A stretch of 64,000 nt of DNA from Ruditapes philippinarum (taxonomy: Eukaryota): the NCBI RefSeq assembly GCF_026571515.1, contig NW_026863670.1:1-64000 (forward strand), in the 5' to 3' direction. The translations under genes were made by a program, and so were the position numbers. Positions 12,701-25,602 of the stretch are shown piece by piece; position 1 is the stretch's first letter; every line of letters begins with the position of its first letter. The notes beneath the pieces are model-generated. The model had not been told where the DNA came from, ran no database searches, and saw only the letters and a list, made by a program, of their open reading frames with translations.

Positions 12701-15700
12701 TTTCTTTAGCAACGCGGCCTGGACCCCATCCTATAGCAGGGTATGGTGGAAACGGTTTGCGTTCATACACTCCTTCGCTTTAAATGTAATTTAAGCTGAT
12801 ATTAGTTAAGCGCAAACAGGCGTTTTAAAAGAACCAATGTGAAATGTTTTGTATACTATTTGTTTTATCATCAAATTAGGTTATCCTTTGCTATATTAAG
12901 ATAGACGTTTGTCAAAGAAAAATTGAACTCGGTAAGATGTATCGCAAAATAAATATAAAAGTTTCGATTTCATTTGACAAAATATCTAAAAGTGAATTGG
13001 TCCATAATTGCAAGTCGGTAAAATAATAAATAATAACGTTTTATTATTAAACATTAAACAAAAAACAAAGATTTGTTTATGGCCTTTGTTGGCAAATGTG
13101 AGATACATTATCATATATTATAAATATGTATATATGATGCAGATAATTAAATATTCTAGAACAACATATTATTCTATCATCATATAAATGTGCATGCTAA
13201 ATTATTAAAAATTGATCAACATTTTTTTCAAGAAATATTGCACAAGAATTCCAAAATGATACAATTCTTGTTTTTACCATTATTTGAAATATTTTATGGA
13301 AAATGTGCTCATTGTAGACCAATCCACTTAATGTTTTTTACTTTAAAATATTCATCTATGGCCAACACTACAGTTGTGACAAAAAGCATCATTAAGCTTT
13401 AAATATGAAACACACTTGATAGTTTAGTGATCTTACTCTTTCAAGAATAGTTTACACTTACTTAAAGATTAATTTATAAATCACTATCCAATCATAGTCG
13501 TAGATATCTCCTTTGATGGTGACGTCCTTGCCAAAAAGCTCGAATCTGAACACGTGCCTCTCTGGTGGCCGTATCTTCACAGTGAGAGTGTTGTTATTGT
13601 TGGTGCGATGCATGAACACATACCGGTCTTTTCTGCAGAAAAAGAAATACAAAAAAAACAACAACAAAAATATAACACCCGGGTGATGAAACGTGTTTGC
13701 TATAACAAATATATCAAGATTATTATCTACCGCCTCAGTTGTTAAAAGTGTTCTGGTAAATAATCCTACCTAAAGAAAGCTATTCAAACTGGTCTGAATA
13801 AATTTCTTTACAATGTTGCACAAGACTTGCATATTTACTCTTCACAGAAAAGCATTCTTATAATAGACTTTTGCAGCTTACTCCGATGCGGACAGCGGAC
13901 GATGGACTATTGATCATTTTCAGGGGTTTTCTCAAAATAATAATACTGTATATAATTTAAAGTTAAAGGGTAAGTAAATGATAAAAAACAATCCAGTTTT
14001 CAAATTTATGTTTATAGTTTAAACCAATTTCTTTCCGTCTGCAAGCACGGTCGGCACATATCATTACAGTGTTACTTAACAATTTTCTTAAATGTCTCCA
14101 CACCGAGCTTATAGCACGGCAAGTCTTGAGATTGGAAAGTGCATGTTTCACAGTCACCCTGTATGATTTTACGTACCTATTACATTTTCTACTATGTGAC
14201 CAAGGATATATACATGTATATATACCGTGTATCTTAAAGAAAAGAATTTTACAAACCTAGAACTGTAAGTGAAATAGTGAAAATGATTAATGTTCATTAA
14301 AATGGAAATAAAGGTTGTAAATTATATTTCGGCTATAGAAATAATAAAACTCCTGACAAATAAATGCGATAAAATATCCTAATATACAGTTCTATAAGAA
14401 TACAATATTAGACTATAAAATAGTGACTGCTGTAAAATTTTTGAATCAATGAATATGTTTCGATAAACCACATTCCCCTTGTAGCGATTGACCAACAACC
14501 CGGACCTGCTCCGAGAATGGTAACCGTGGCTGTCTCTCCGAGACCGGCAACCGTGGCTGTCTCTCCGAGACTGGCAACCGTGCCTGCCGCTCCAAGACCG
14601 GCAATCGTGAATCAACTTGCCGGAGAGAACAACAATGGCAGGGATAGAAAAAGGCCACTAGCAGCACTGATCAGAGAAAACCAGCTGTGATACAGTAAGT
14701 TCATCACAAAGAAAGTTCCCAAATTATTTAGAGAACTCGGAGTCAACTCCGATGATGAATGAAACAAATAAAAAATATATAAATGCACCATGTCAAATAC
14801 ATTATGACAATAAAATGTCATATAAATAATAACGTGTTTTTGTCTTTATCACCAGAAATAGTGTAACTCTCGACACTACCATGTATAGATGAGAAAGTTA
14901 AAGTTCTGAATTTTGACTCATCTCAGTTAACAACCATTTTGAGAAATTCCCCGCAACAATTGTTTGTTATCAGATGTCCACTGTCCGGGTCAGAGTAAGC
15001 TGCAAACGTCTAATATAATGTTTCGTACATTTATCATTATGCATAAATCGGAACAATTTGTCTTTTTCAGTGTTCAAAATATCAATGTACAAAACGGAGC
15101 AAGAACAATTTTGTATTAGATGAGAACCGCTAGACACCACATGGAGCAAGTGTAAAGATATTATTATTACTATCATTTTTATTATTATGACGATTTATTT
15201 TCGTCACTTAATTGAATGTTGATTGTTGAAAGTAAATCATTATGACAAATCACAGTCTTTATACTACAAAAAGCATTGTAGAATTTGAAAGTTTTCACGA
15301 AAAGAGTACTTTTCCTGTTAACAGTTGCAACTTTAAAGACTTCAATTTTTATATGAAATTTACTTGCCTACATTTTTTAAACATACAAGACTGTTAAAAT
15401 GTTTGATAAAATACTAATTAAAAATAGTTTTACTTGGTCAGGTTGGTTGAAACAATATTTTATTTCAATCAAATATATATACATAATATAATTATAATAA
15501 AATGCAAAAAGGAATTGAATAGAAAGCTTGAAGCTGTTTTAGAAACTCTCTCCTTGGAATGAAACAAAAGTAATTAATGATAACATTCGTATATAAACAA
15601 AATATTGTATGCTTGTAATTCTTAAAATTAAATATTTATCAATGTACAAAATGAAAAAAAAAGAAAAAAAAAAGAAATTAAGATAAACATCTTAGCTACG

Positions 15701-18700
15701 ACCGGGCGTACGACCGTTGATAAAACGACACCCTGATGTTTATCTTAATTTCTTTATTTTTTATTGGATAAACACAAGTTAAGTACAACCAGAAATAATA
15801 CGAAGAGCCTCGATTTGGATTTTTTGGTTGGAGTTTTTGTTTGTCATAGTAAGACGAATTGTCCCAGGCAGCATCCAAATATTCAATCAAATGTCAAATG
15901 AAGGCAGGATTTTCGACAAATTTGAGACCTCTCATAATACTTATTGTCTGCCAAGATTTTATTTTTATTTTTGCCACGTGCTCATGCCAAGATCTGTTAC
16001 TTGAAAGGTCACATCCAAATACTAATGATGTTTGACTTTTTGGATTGGGACATTGTTCATATATCATGTATATAGTGGTGAATGAAACGGCTTGATTACC
16101 TTACGAGAAATAAGTAGAGACTCGATTTTGCTTGGTTGAAATCGACAAACCAGTCATTAGCCCATTTCAAAACTTTACAAAGGTCAAAATTTAAGATATT
16201 AGCAGATGAGTGTGGCTCATCGACAATAATGTAGAGACTTGTATCATCAGCAAAGAGTCGAATGGATAAATTCATATCCTCAACTATGTCAATAATACAT
16301 ACAAGAAAGAGTAAAGGACCAAGAATAAAACGCTGTGGAACATGGAATATATTGGCAAGACTTCGGAATACGTACCAGAAAGTACAAGACGCTTAGAGTG
16401 TCCAGAAAGAAAATCCTGAAACCAGCGAATAAGAACACCAAATAAGCCAATTACTTTAAGTTTATGAATGAGGCCACCATGCCAGACGCGGTCATATGCT
16501 CGGGAAATATAGCAAAAGATAGCATGGACTTCTTTTCCTCCGTCTAGAGCTTGACAAAAAGTGTCATAAATAGACAATAGTTGATTTGCTGTTGAATCAT
16601 TCTTTATAAATCCAGATTGCAAATGTGTTATGCAGTTGTTTGATATGAAGAAATTAAAGACGTGTTTATGAATTATACGTTCTAGCACTTTGCTGATTAT
16701 AACTAGAGGCAATAGTAGGATCGATCTTCTTAAAAATTACACAGACATTTGCCAATTTCCATTGAGATGGGCCCTTACCAGTTTCAATTGATTTATTGAA
16801 AAATGAGAAAGTGGGTATGTCAATTCTTGAAAGAGTTCAGAAAAAATTTTGTTGTTGATTATGTCAGGGTCTGCTGCCTTCCCTTATGTTAACAGCTTTA
16901 ATGTATCTAGTACTTCCTACTTAGTGATAGCTATAATTTCTTACTGTGGTTTATTTGATCGAGAATGAATGTTAGGGATTTAATTGGAATCACTAATTAA
17001 TGTCTGCGACTGAAATAATTTGTTCAGAAGGTTGGCTTAATCATAATGGGATCTCAGTATTTTTCCATGATCTTTTAATATTTGTATACCCTTGATTATT
17101 GACGATGTTGATATTTGATGTTTAAAAATTTTTCAAATATCTGCAGGTGACATATTTCCATTTTTAAGTTTGTCTGCAAGTTTCTGTGATTGTTGCCGCT
17201 TCGCTTGTATGAGTAACGTTTTTTTATCTGCCTGTATAATTGCCAATGATGAGGATTTTGTGTTTCTGTGCTTTGTCGTTTACGCGTTTGTGTTTTCTGA
17301 TTTGTTTCCTTCGTTTTGCATCAATGGAGGCGATGATTGGCGTATCGTGACTATTGTGTTAGGTTTATATTTGGCTGCAATGAAATTGATTGTGTCTGTG
17401 TATAGATTTCTATGATGTCATTTAGAATGGTATCCCATTGGAAAGCAGAAATCTCCTTCTTAAACCTACATAATCACTTTTATCATATTGACATACTTTT
17501 CTTTTGAGATTTTGCGAAGTTGGTTAAGAGGAATCAAGAATACAGCAAATAGGGCAGTGACATCTACCGACTTGATCAAGAAAGGGGTCTCCATTGCCAT
17601 ATGCAGAAACTCTGCAATTCATGAAGCCTAAAGATAGATCTAAAAGGGAATTTGAAGAAACAGTATAATGTGTTGGCTGTTGTATTACTTTAGTCAGATT
17701 GTATTTGTTGCAATGCTATTGATTTTTGTTGCCGATGTATGTTTTTGTACGTCTAAGTTGAAATATACGGATATAACTATATCAGATATAATTGTGTCAA
17801 AAGCGAGACCGAATGACATGTCTATCTGAGAGAGCACGGAAGGGTAGAATTCTGAGGACGATAGAACGTATCATACAGCAGTTTCTATTCTTAAGAAAAT
17901 CTCCAACCAAATACTTTCCACACTTTAAATCTCTAGATATATCTTTGAATTGCATGGATAGTGTTTTTAACATAAACCAAAATACCTCCATGATTGTCCG
18001 TACCTCCGTCGTTTTGAAAAGGGGGAGGATAATTATGAAAATATAAACAATCTGTATCAACAGCGGCGGCCAGTCAGGTTTCTGTTAATGAGATAATGTA
18101 AAACTGATCAAGTTCACCTTCAACGATATCCTTTTCCTTTAGAAAACTTTGCACATTATAATGCACACATGATAATGAGTGAGAAAAGCCGGATAGGGAA
18201 AGGAATGAGGATTTTGATATTTATGATATATCACCTAAAGAAATAGAGGAGTTATGACACTCTGGTGCAGGGTTTTGTGAATGTCACCACAGAGATGAAG
18301 AATAAGACCCATCCAACGTATCATTTCAAAGTGATTTAAATGTTTAACACCTTTTACTCTCTGTTGCCTTTTTTTAAACAGGCCCACCCATCCTCAATAT
18401 ACGTAATACTTTGCCAGGAAAGTACTTATGTAGGGATGAAGAAACCAATACAGCATCGCAACCGGACAAGACAAAAGAAAAAAGACAGAAGTGGAATAAG
18501 AAGAATAAGAAGAAACATAATCCATAAGGATACATTTTGTAAATTTTCTTAAAAGGGTATAAACTACAAAGCCTACGTAAATAGATAACAAACATACTTG
18601 GTCAGGTTGCTTGTCTTGCCATATTCAAATCGTTCTGGCCAATAAGAATCAAAGTGATAGAGTAAAAACAAACTGACCGTTAAAGGAAATAATGGGTTTT

Positions 18701-21700
18701 CACTCTGTATAACTTTTTACACGTACCACATGAGGTACAGGCTAAAAATCGATGTTTATTTTTGTTGGTGTTGTTTTTAATAAATCGAAGCAGGCAGCAC
18801 TTCAAAGAAAAGCTGTTATCGGCATGCAATAAAAAGCGTTACAGAAAAAAAACTCGGATTTTCATAGAATGGCTTGAACTTCCTTCTCGAGTTACATTGT
18901 ATTTCCCGTGCTTGACGCTTGTTGTCGCCCCATTCGCTGATGTCAATCCGGTAAAGTCTCCAGTACTATTAAAATATTAACATATAATATAACACAAAGA
19001 ACTACAAATTGTCAATGGAATTAATGTTATTGCCTTTTAGTATTGTTTTCATAGCATAGTGTTACTGTGTATTTTATGTATTTTGTGCCTGTATCATTGA
19101 AAAAAAATCGTCGAAATAGTAGTATTATGTATATTTTCATGCTTTAAGATCTTTTGTTTACAATATATTGATAATATAGTCGTCACCTGACATATTTTGT
19201 ACTCCCGTTAGATATAAAAATGGCTAGCCATACGGTGACAGCTGCCCATAGAAGCGTATACATCCGTACTTGTAGCCAGCAGCTGTTACAATTAATATAT
19301 ATAACCAAAGTCATCTGATAAATAGAGGATATTGAATGAGTGTAGTTTAATACTAAATTTACTGATCGAGTTGAATAAAATCATATTATGCAAGCCTCTG
19401 GCGAGCATAATATTGTTTTATTCAACGAGTTTAATAAATTTAGTATTGAATCTACACGAATATAATATTCTATTTATCACATATATAAAATAAAAACAGT
19501 AAACTGTTAAAATGAGTATTTTTTCAATGATGCGCCCATTGTGTAACGCTAACATCAGCGCGATGTAACAAATGACGTCGCGTCAAAGTGTTATTACACT
19601 GGTGTAATATCGTTTTTATTTAATTGGTTTATTACATTCCTGCGCCGCGGTTTATGTGATAAAAGTTTATATGAAATGGCATCACAATAGATTCTACAAC
19701 CGTATTTTAATTTGATATAGATTTATCTTGGACTTATACACTTGACTTTTGTTCTATGATAATATCAGACATGATAGATAGCTTAGAAATGCTTACCTTT
19801 TCTCAACACCATCCTCCAGAAGGAAGAGACGACACTTAAAGTCTATGTTCAATGACGACTGTTGAGGAATCGTGAATTTTATTTCCACCTGGTTGGAATC
19901 ACTCACTATAATACACTGTGTATGAGTCAATGTTTGTACATGCAAATTAAAATATCCATCCTTTACATATGCCATGGTCTCAAACTCTGTTTGCATTAGA
20001 GGATCTTTTCTTAGCTGCCATTTTTGACACATCGGTAAATGCGTTGTACCAAATTGATCAGGATCAGTCAAAAAGTAATTGTCATCACATAAATAATACA
20101 GTCTAAATGGTAAGTCTCCATTTTTGATGACGTCATCTCCATTCGGATTAATGACGTCGTGAGTGACTGTGCCCCAATAAGAGTTAATAAAACGCCAATG
20201 TCCGTCGACCAAGACAGCGTTCCATTCACCAAAGTGTTTGACCTCGTCGATTCGGTCTCCGACTTCGTATGTTGATCCCTTAACAGTCCCGTGTATAATG
20301 ACACAGGGTATGTCCGCATATCTGAATATAAGGAAAAAGTTGGTTTCTTATCTGTCAAAGAAATTGTATTTTAAATGATAATAATTTATTCTGATGTCGC
20401 AACAACCATTAAATGTAGAGAACTATTTTTAAAGACTAAATCTACCTGAAAGTTTATTGTGACTGTATTGCTTTCCCACCAAAAAAAATTACATCGGCCA
20501 ATATCGTAGCAAATCGGTTATTTCCGGAACGTTATGTTTTGCCAAAATCTTGCGCATTAGATTATTTACAATCATTCATCCTTTATCGCTATGTGCTAAA
20601 TTCCGGTTATAAACGGTTAAAATACTATGGAAATATTTAAAACCGATGATTGTGAAAAATAAAGTTCCGGAAATGACCGATTTATTACGATATTGGCCGA
20701 TATTACTAATTTTTGGCGGGCAAGCATTGCAATAGACAGGTTTGCAATATTATAACCTGACCTGGTGTATATGTATATTGAATTGAAGTATCTGCCATTT
20801 TTGATCTACCTGCATAACTTAGAAACAAGCTCAGCATAACTTTTTTCTTCATTTTTTATACGCCACAGTTCAAATAGAACATGACTCTTCGCAGGTTTTT
20901 TCTCCAGTGGAAGTTGATCAATAGGCTGGCCAGTTATCCATCGGTAAATGACCCGGATTTTTGACATTTCATCGTCATATCCGGCGATAAGGTAGTTCAC
21001 CAAATCCTTCAATGGCTGTCGATAAAACTTGGTTGGTGTCTGAAGGAAAAAATAAAAATATATAATTAAAACACAGACCCCTTTAAAAATATTATTAAAA
21101 GGACAGATTATCAACCGTCTACTATAATAGTTTCCATGTCCTTCCTCTGAAAAGTGTTTTTAATCATCCGTTGTTGCATGCTTTAATCGTCTGTTTGATT
21201 TATTTTGATAAAAGTGTCCCTGTTATCACCTTTGGTGCTAACGATGTTTACTTTTTGTTTTGTTATTTAACCAAGGAATGTAGACGCGAAAAGTACTATA
21301 GGTTAAAAAGTCTCTGGTGTTACAATCACTTTTATCATGACCTACGTACTTTAGATGTTGATAGTACTGTTACTTATGTAATAAGAAAAATAATCTCAGC
21401 AACGTGATACACTAACATCTTAACTCCAATTGGTCTATATTATATATTATAAAGTAATGAGGTAAAAAAAATAGTTCTTTTTTTTTTTTTTTTGGGGGGG
21501 GGGGCGGGGGGCAGGTTATGTCGAACCATCAAAGCGAAAACATCAGGTGCCCCTACTAGCATCGGACACTTTAGTACAACCTCTGACGCTCCGTAAGTTA
21601 GCTATTATAGATCGTCGGGAAATAAAAGAAACCAAGATATTGAGAATAAGAGATGACATTCAAATGGTATTAACATTTAAGCCGCGTCACGACAAAACCA

Positions 21701-24193
21701 ACAAAATGCGTTTGCGTTCAGCATGGATCCAGACCAGCCTGCGCATCCGCGCAGTCTGATCAGGATCCATGCTGTTCGCTTACCAACCCTATTACAAGAA
21801 GCAAAGCTGATCGCGAACAGCATGGATCCTGATCAGACTGCGCGGATGCGCAGGCTGGTCTGGATCCATGCTGAACGCAAACGCATTTTGTTGGTTTTGT
21901 CGTGACGCGGCTTAGACGTTATTTTAATGACATTCACTTACGTTCACAGCTCTGTTGTCCACATCAATATAGTCGTCCAGATTGAATATTTCAGCTTTCT
22001 TTGTCGGCGGTGGGTGTGGTCCAGGAATGTCCGGATCTAGGGCACTGATGTCGTCGACATAACAATCAAGCTTGTCGCTATATTTGAATGTCGGCTGTAA
22101 GGAGTACAAGCCTGGTGAACAACAGAACTTGCTCTGTTAAATCGTAAATCGCTATTTCCTAGGTAGTACATGTCGTCAATTTAAGTGTGAACAGAAGTAT
22201 AATTTTGTCTTCTTTATTTAATTATCTATATAGAATATCGGCATTTGAAGATGATATACCATGTGCGCTTGCTGAAATTGTCAAGGGAACGTACAGTTGA
22301 TAATTAAAGTCGTGACGGCATTTCCACGTTAGCAAATTTAGTATTGAAACGTTTCATCATGAAATAGTTGCTCAAAGACATGCTTTTATTAAACAGCAAT
22401 GGAGATTCGAAACTAATAAGTTTAAGATGATGTTTAATTTAGAATGTAATTTAGAAGATTGGTCTTCTTTTGAGACATAAATCACTTTAATGTTTGCTGG
22501 TTTTAATAAGGTTACCAGTCATGAGTGTTTCGAGCATGATTTTTTGTAAAGGCTGTGCATTTAATTAAAGTTTAAATTTGGACATGTTTAATTTGCTTAT
22601 AAAAATTCCACCCACTTTTGATTTATAAGGTTTTTTTTATTATATCTTTATGGCTTTATATAGTATTATAGTTAGCCAAGTTATGCCATTATTTAAGTTT
22701 ACATTAATATTGCGAACATCTCATTGTTGGAGTAATTTGAACTATTTCTCGTAAGCTTTGTTATGGATTAACTATTGTGCATTGTACATTTTAAATAGTT
22801 AACCTCTGTAGCACCGCATTTGGTGTCCAACAAATTTTAGGATGTCACCCCAAAGTGCGTTACGCACTTATTGGCCAAATACCAAGGTGCGTTGCGCACT
22901 GTGAGGTACAATCTTGACCCTAAAGTGTCTTACACAGGAACATATGCAATTTTAGCATAAAAAAAACGATTGAAAAAGGTAAAATGTATTAATTAGTACG
23001 TCGGATAACAATAGCAAGCGGTATATTATTTTATGTATTTTTTTTAATCTAAAGATTGCGTTTTGCAAATGATTATAACTTTATATTCAGTTATGTGTCT
23101 CAAATAATAAAGGATTTGAAGTGGAATAGATAAATATAGTTGATGTGTAATGAGTGCAATAATACATTAGATCACGTAGATAACACGTTGCTTAAACTTT
23201 GTCCATTAACTAGCATTGTGTACCGATAATTGTAGTGGTTGCGTGATGTACACAATTATTTCAATCTGATTAAAATACCTTTTGAAGCGGTGACGACTCA
23301 TTGAAAACCTAAATTCCCTATTGCTATAAGGTTATATATCCAAAGGAGATAACATTTCTATATTTATTACTAAATAATCGTTCTTTCTCTGCTGAATGCT
23401 GTAGTGAAAGTCAGGTGCCGGGAAAAATGACCGTTTAAGATGGTTAACAAGATAGGTGCCAAATAAAATAATCAAGATGTTAAATCCATAAAATTATATG
23501 GTGTAATCAATGGCATTTATTACAGGAATAATTGATTAAACATGATTGTATAAGGTTATTTCTGGAAAGCATTAAATCTATCTATTTTCTGAATTGGCGG
23601 TCATTAACGTTTACATTAAATACGCTCGTGTCATTGATATACACTGACGGACTTTGAAAACGCACCAGTTGAGCTTTTACATTTTAATAGGGAAGTGCAT
23701 ATTTGATTTTTATTTTTGCATACTGTGAAGGACACATGTGTTTATAATTCTCACTTCAAAATTTTTACTGTATCACTGCTTCTTTTATTGAGTTTAAGCC
23801 GAAAATGCATGGTAACCGAATTAACAAAAGTCACAACGCTACTTTATTTATTATAAGATATAATAAGTTTGGGTTTTGCTTTAAAAATTTTATTGCATTC
23901 TATAGGTTGCATCTACTTGAAACGTTTTCTTTTTTTATCTGGATTGCTGTTTATATGAAAATAAGAGGCAAACGTATTATTTCTAAAGAAGAAACACTCA
24001 TTTCAATGCCAAATAAGCAAAATAGGAAGCGCCACAACATTTTCTATACATGTATATTCGAACACGAATTTGTTAACTTCACGATTCCTGGAAACTCTTA
24101 CCATGTTTATATAGTAAAGCATTCTTCAATGCATAGCTTGCAGAAAACATAAGACAATATTATACCTATGTTGACAATTGAATTCGGCGACAT
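6768..24193 (-). CDS. Hillarin / kyphoscoliosis peptidase (KY)-like protein: inactive transglutaminase-like core, Ig-like repeats, C-terminal dynein-MTBD-like domain (~843 aa, 13 coding exons)
   Basis: GT-AG exons with consistent phases: 24193-24166 (start tentative), 22111-21942, 21039-20810, 20321-19797, 13632-13462, 12777-12287, 12005-11931, 11550-11491, 10927-10760, 9317-9191, 8895-8742, 7859-7674, 6914-6768 (TAG). Family motifs: KIRVIYRWIT, YAELVSKLCRYADIPCVIIHG.VKG, WNAVLVDGHWRFINSYWG, DDNYFLTDPDQF...HLP...KWQL, FRFELFGK, PFPPYPAIGWGPG. Confidence 0.85.
14463..14762 (+). pseudogene. Degenerate terminal-exon-like relic with 27-bp (9-aa) repeats, antisense within the large hillarin intron
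   Basis: The frame reads INHIPLVAIDQQPGPAPRMVTVAVSPRPATVAVSPRLATVPAAPRPAIVNQ...ENQL*YSKFITKKVPKLFRELGVNSDDE*, followed by AATAAA at 14767. One internal TGA at 14688. Confidence 0.4.
15900..18180 (-). mobile_element. Degenerate non-LTR retrotransposon (CR1/L2-group LINE): endonuclease and reverse transcriptase relic
   Basis: RT motifs SKVLERIIH, QSGF...ST..QL, ISRAYDRVWHGGLIHKL, and LFADDTSL near 16235-16260. AP-endonuclease start VHYNVQS near 18165 and TETW(L/P) near 18085. Many frameshifts and stops. Confidence 0.9.
19315..19662. mobile_element. Palindromic non-autonomous repeat with a long internal hairpin (19315-19482)
   Basis: TGATAAATAGA...TACTAAATTTA...GTTGAATAAAA is mirrored by TTTTATTCAAC...TAAATTTAGTA...TCTATTTATCA. 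TATGTGATAAA recurs at ~19653. Confidence 0.6.
20465..20735. mobile_element. MITE-like fold-back element
   Basis: Long imperfect inverted arms: ATCGGCCAATATCGTA..AAATCGGT.ATTTCCGGAAC versus GTTCCGGAAATGACCGATTT..TACGATATTGGCCGAT. Confidence 0.7.
21679..21913. mobile_element. Sola2-like MITE, family copy 1
   Basis: TIR (A/G)AGCCGCGTCACGACAAAACCAAC. Almost entirely palindromic. Same family as 25386-25602, 46351-46550 and 51697-51934. Confidence 0.85.
22807..22960 (+). mobile_element. Old degenerate left end of the TGT...ACA TIR element seen at 28125-30624
   Basis: TGTAGCACCGCATTTGG...CCCCAAAGTGCGTTACGCACT...ACAGGAACATATGCA is colinear with 28125-28275. Confidence 0.7.
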
Positions 24194-25385
24194 GCGCTAG
24201 TTCGAAAGTAGCGATAAAGAGATTTACCGAACGTAACCAAAAGAGATAGCTCTGTTGTTTTCCAGACACAGGGTTGGTAGTTAACAGACGACCAGGGGCA
24301 CTCATTATCTGTAAGAAACGAAACGAAATTTACATATAATTTCAATCTATGTCAAGCGTGTTGATAATTGTAAAAGACACATTATGCTTCATATATGATT
24401 TTTATTTTTATCTCTCAAAAGCTTTTTAATGTTGGTTTACTTTTATAGTATCTAAAACGTTACTTATTGGCCAATTACCTGAACCATCTTTTCGTCTGTT
24501 GCTTTTTGGCAATTGGCACTGTTATAATGAATCAGAATTTTGTATGGAAGTCAAAATATTACTTAATTTAGATTTTGCTACATTTATGACAAATTATTTA
24601 ACATTTATTGCCTCTTTCTTTAAGTAACAGGCATTTAATATTTTCTGAAAACATTATCTAAAAGTAAAAGAAAAATCATGTCTGCACTTTCTAAAGTCGT
24701 AAAAAAATGTATTTGTTTTGAGGACTAATATGCCTTCTTTAATTGAAACCACTAAAGGTTTAAAGAGGAAGTTAATGACCTCAGATCCCCTTTCAAAATT
24801 CCATTTTATTTAGTCCCGCCATTGTTTTCTCATTTAGGGCACAAGCATTATTTTGATTGGTGACCATACGCCGCTTTTCATGGAATGGTACGAATGTGTC
24901 ACATTGAAGGTTCCATGATAACCGCCGTATGAACACATCTGCGGATGTTTTTCAATTCAAAATTTTACCGTTTTCATGTTTAAATTATGAATTCTGCTTA
25001 AGACGGTGCTAGGGGGCGTGGACGGTAGTTTGCGCTTGCAGTACCGTCCATGAATAGGCTCTATCAAACCGAGCCTCCAAATATTTCAATTTTGCCGTGT
25101 TGAGCTTTCCTAAGGGATTCTTACTTTCTCTATTGCATTGATTTCCGTACGATTGATTATCAAAAAAAAGAAAGAAAATAAACAAGCTAGACAACAACAC
25201 AAATCAAATTCAAACTACTAGTACATTCAACCTTGTGTCCTATAACTGTGTCCAAATGACAAGGTTGCCCACAGTTTCATTGTTTGGCAAGTCTACGGAC
25301 GGACTGCGATAACATGACAAAGTGACGGTTGGACAAGGGTATATCTATATGTCCCCTAAAATTGTGAGGAATAAAACCTGCTATA

Positions 25386-25602
25386 ACCAACATAATGGGT
25401 TTGCGACCAGCACGGATCCAGACCAGCCGGCGCATCCGCGCTGTCTGATCAGGAACCATGCTGTTCGTTTACCAACCCTTTAACAAGTAGGGAAACTGAT
25501 AGCGAACAGCATGAATCCTGATGAGACTGCGCGGATGCGCAGGCTGGTCTGGATCCATGCTTGTCGCAAACGCACTATGTTGATTTTGTCGTGACGCGGC
25601 TC
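25386..25602. mobile_element. Sola2-like MITE, copy 2 (left end truncated)
   Basis: Ends in GTCGTGACGCGGCTC followed by ATAT (AWWT). Internal palindrome as in the other copies. Confidence 0.8.

Noticed and set aside
18843-18966. Extra minus-strand hillarin exon
   Set aside because: It has an AG acceptor and open frames, but exon 20321-19797 joins 13632-13462 in phase with continuous Ig-like sequence. No family motifs and no convincing in-phase donor.
21547-21905. ORFs such as MDPDQPAHPRSLIRIHAVR (also 25277-25459 and 46395-46673)
   Set aside because: They are translations of the palindromic MITE.
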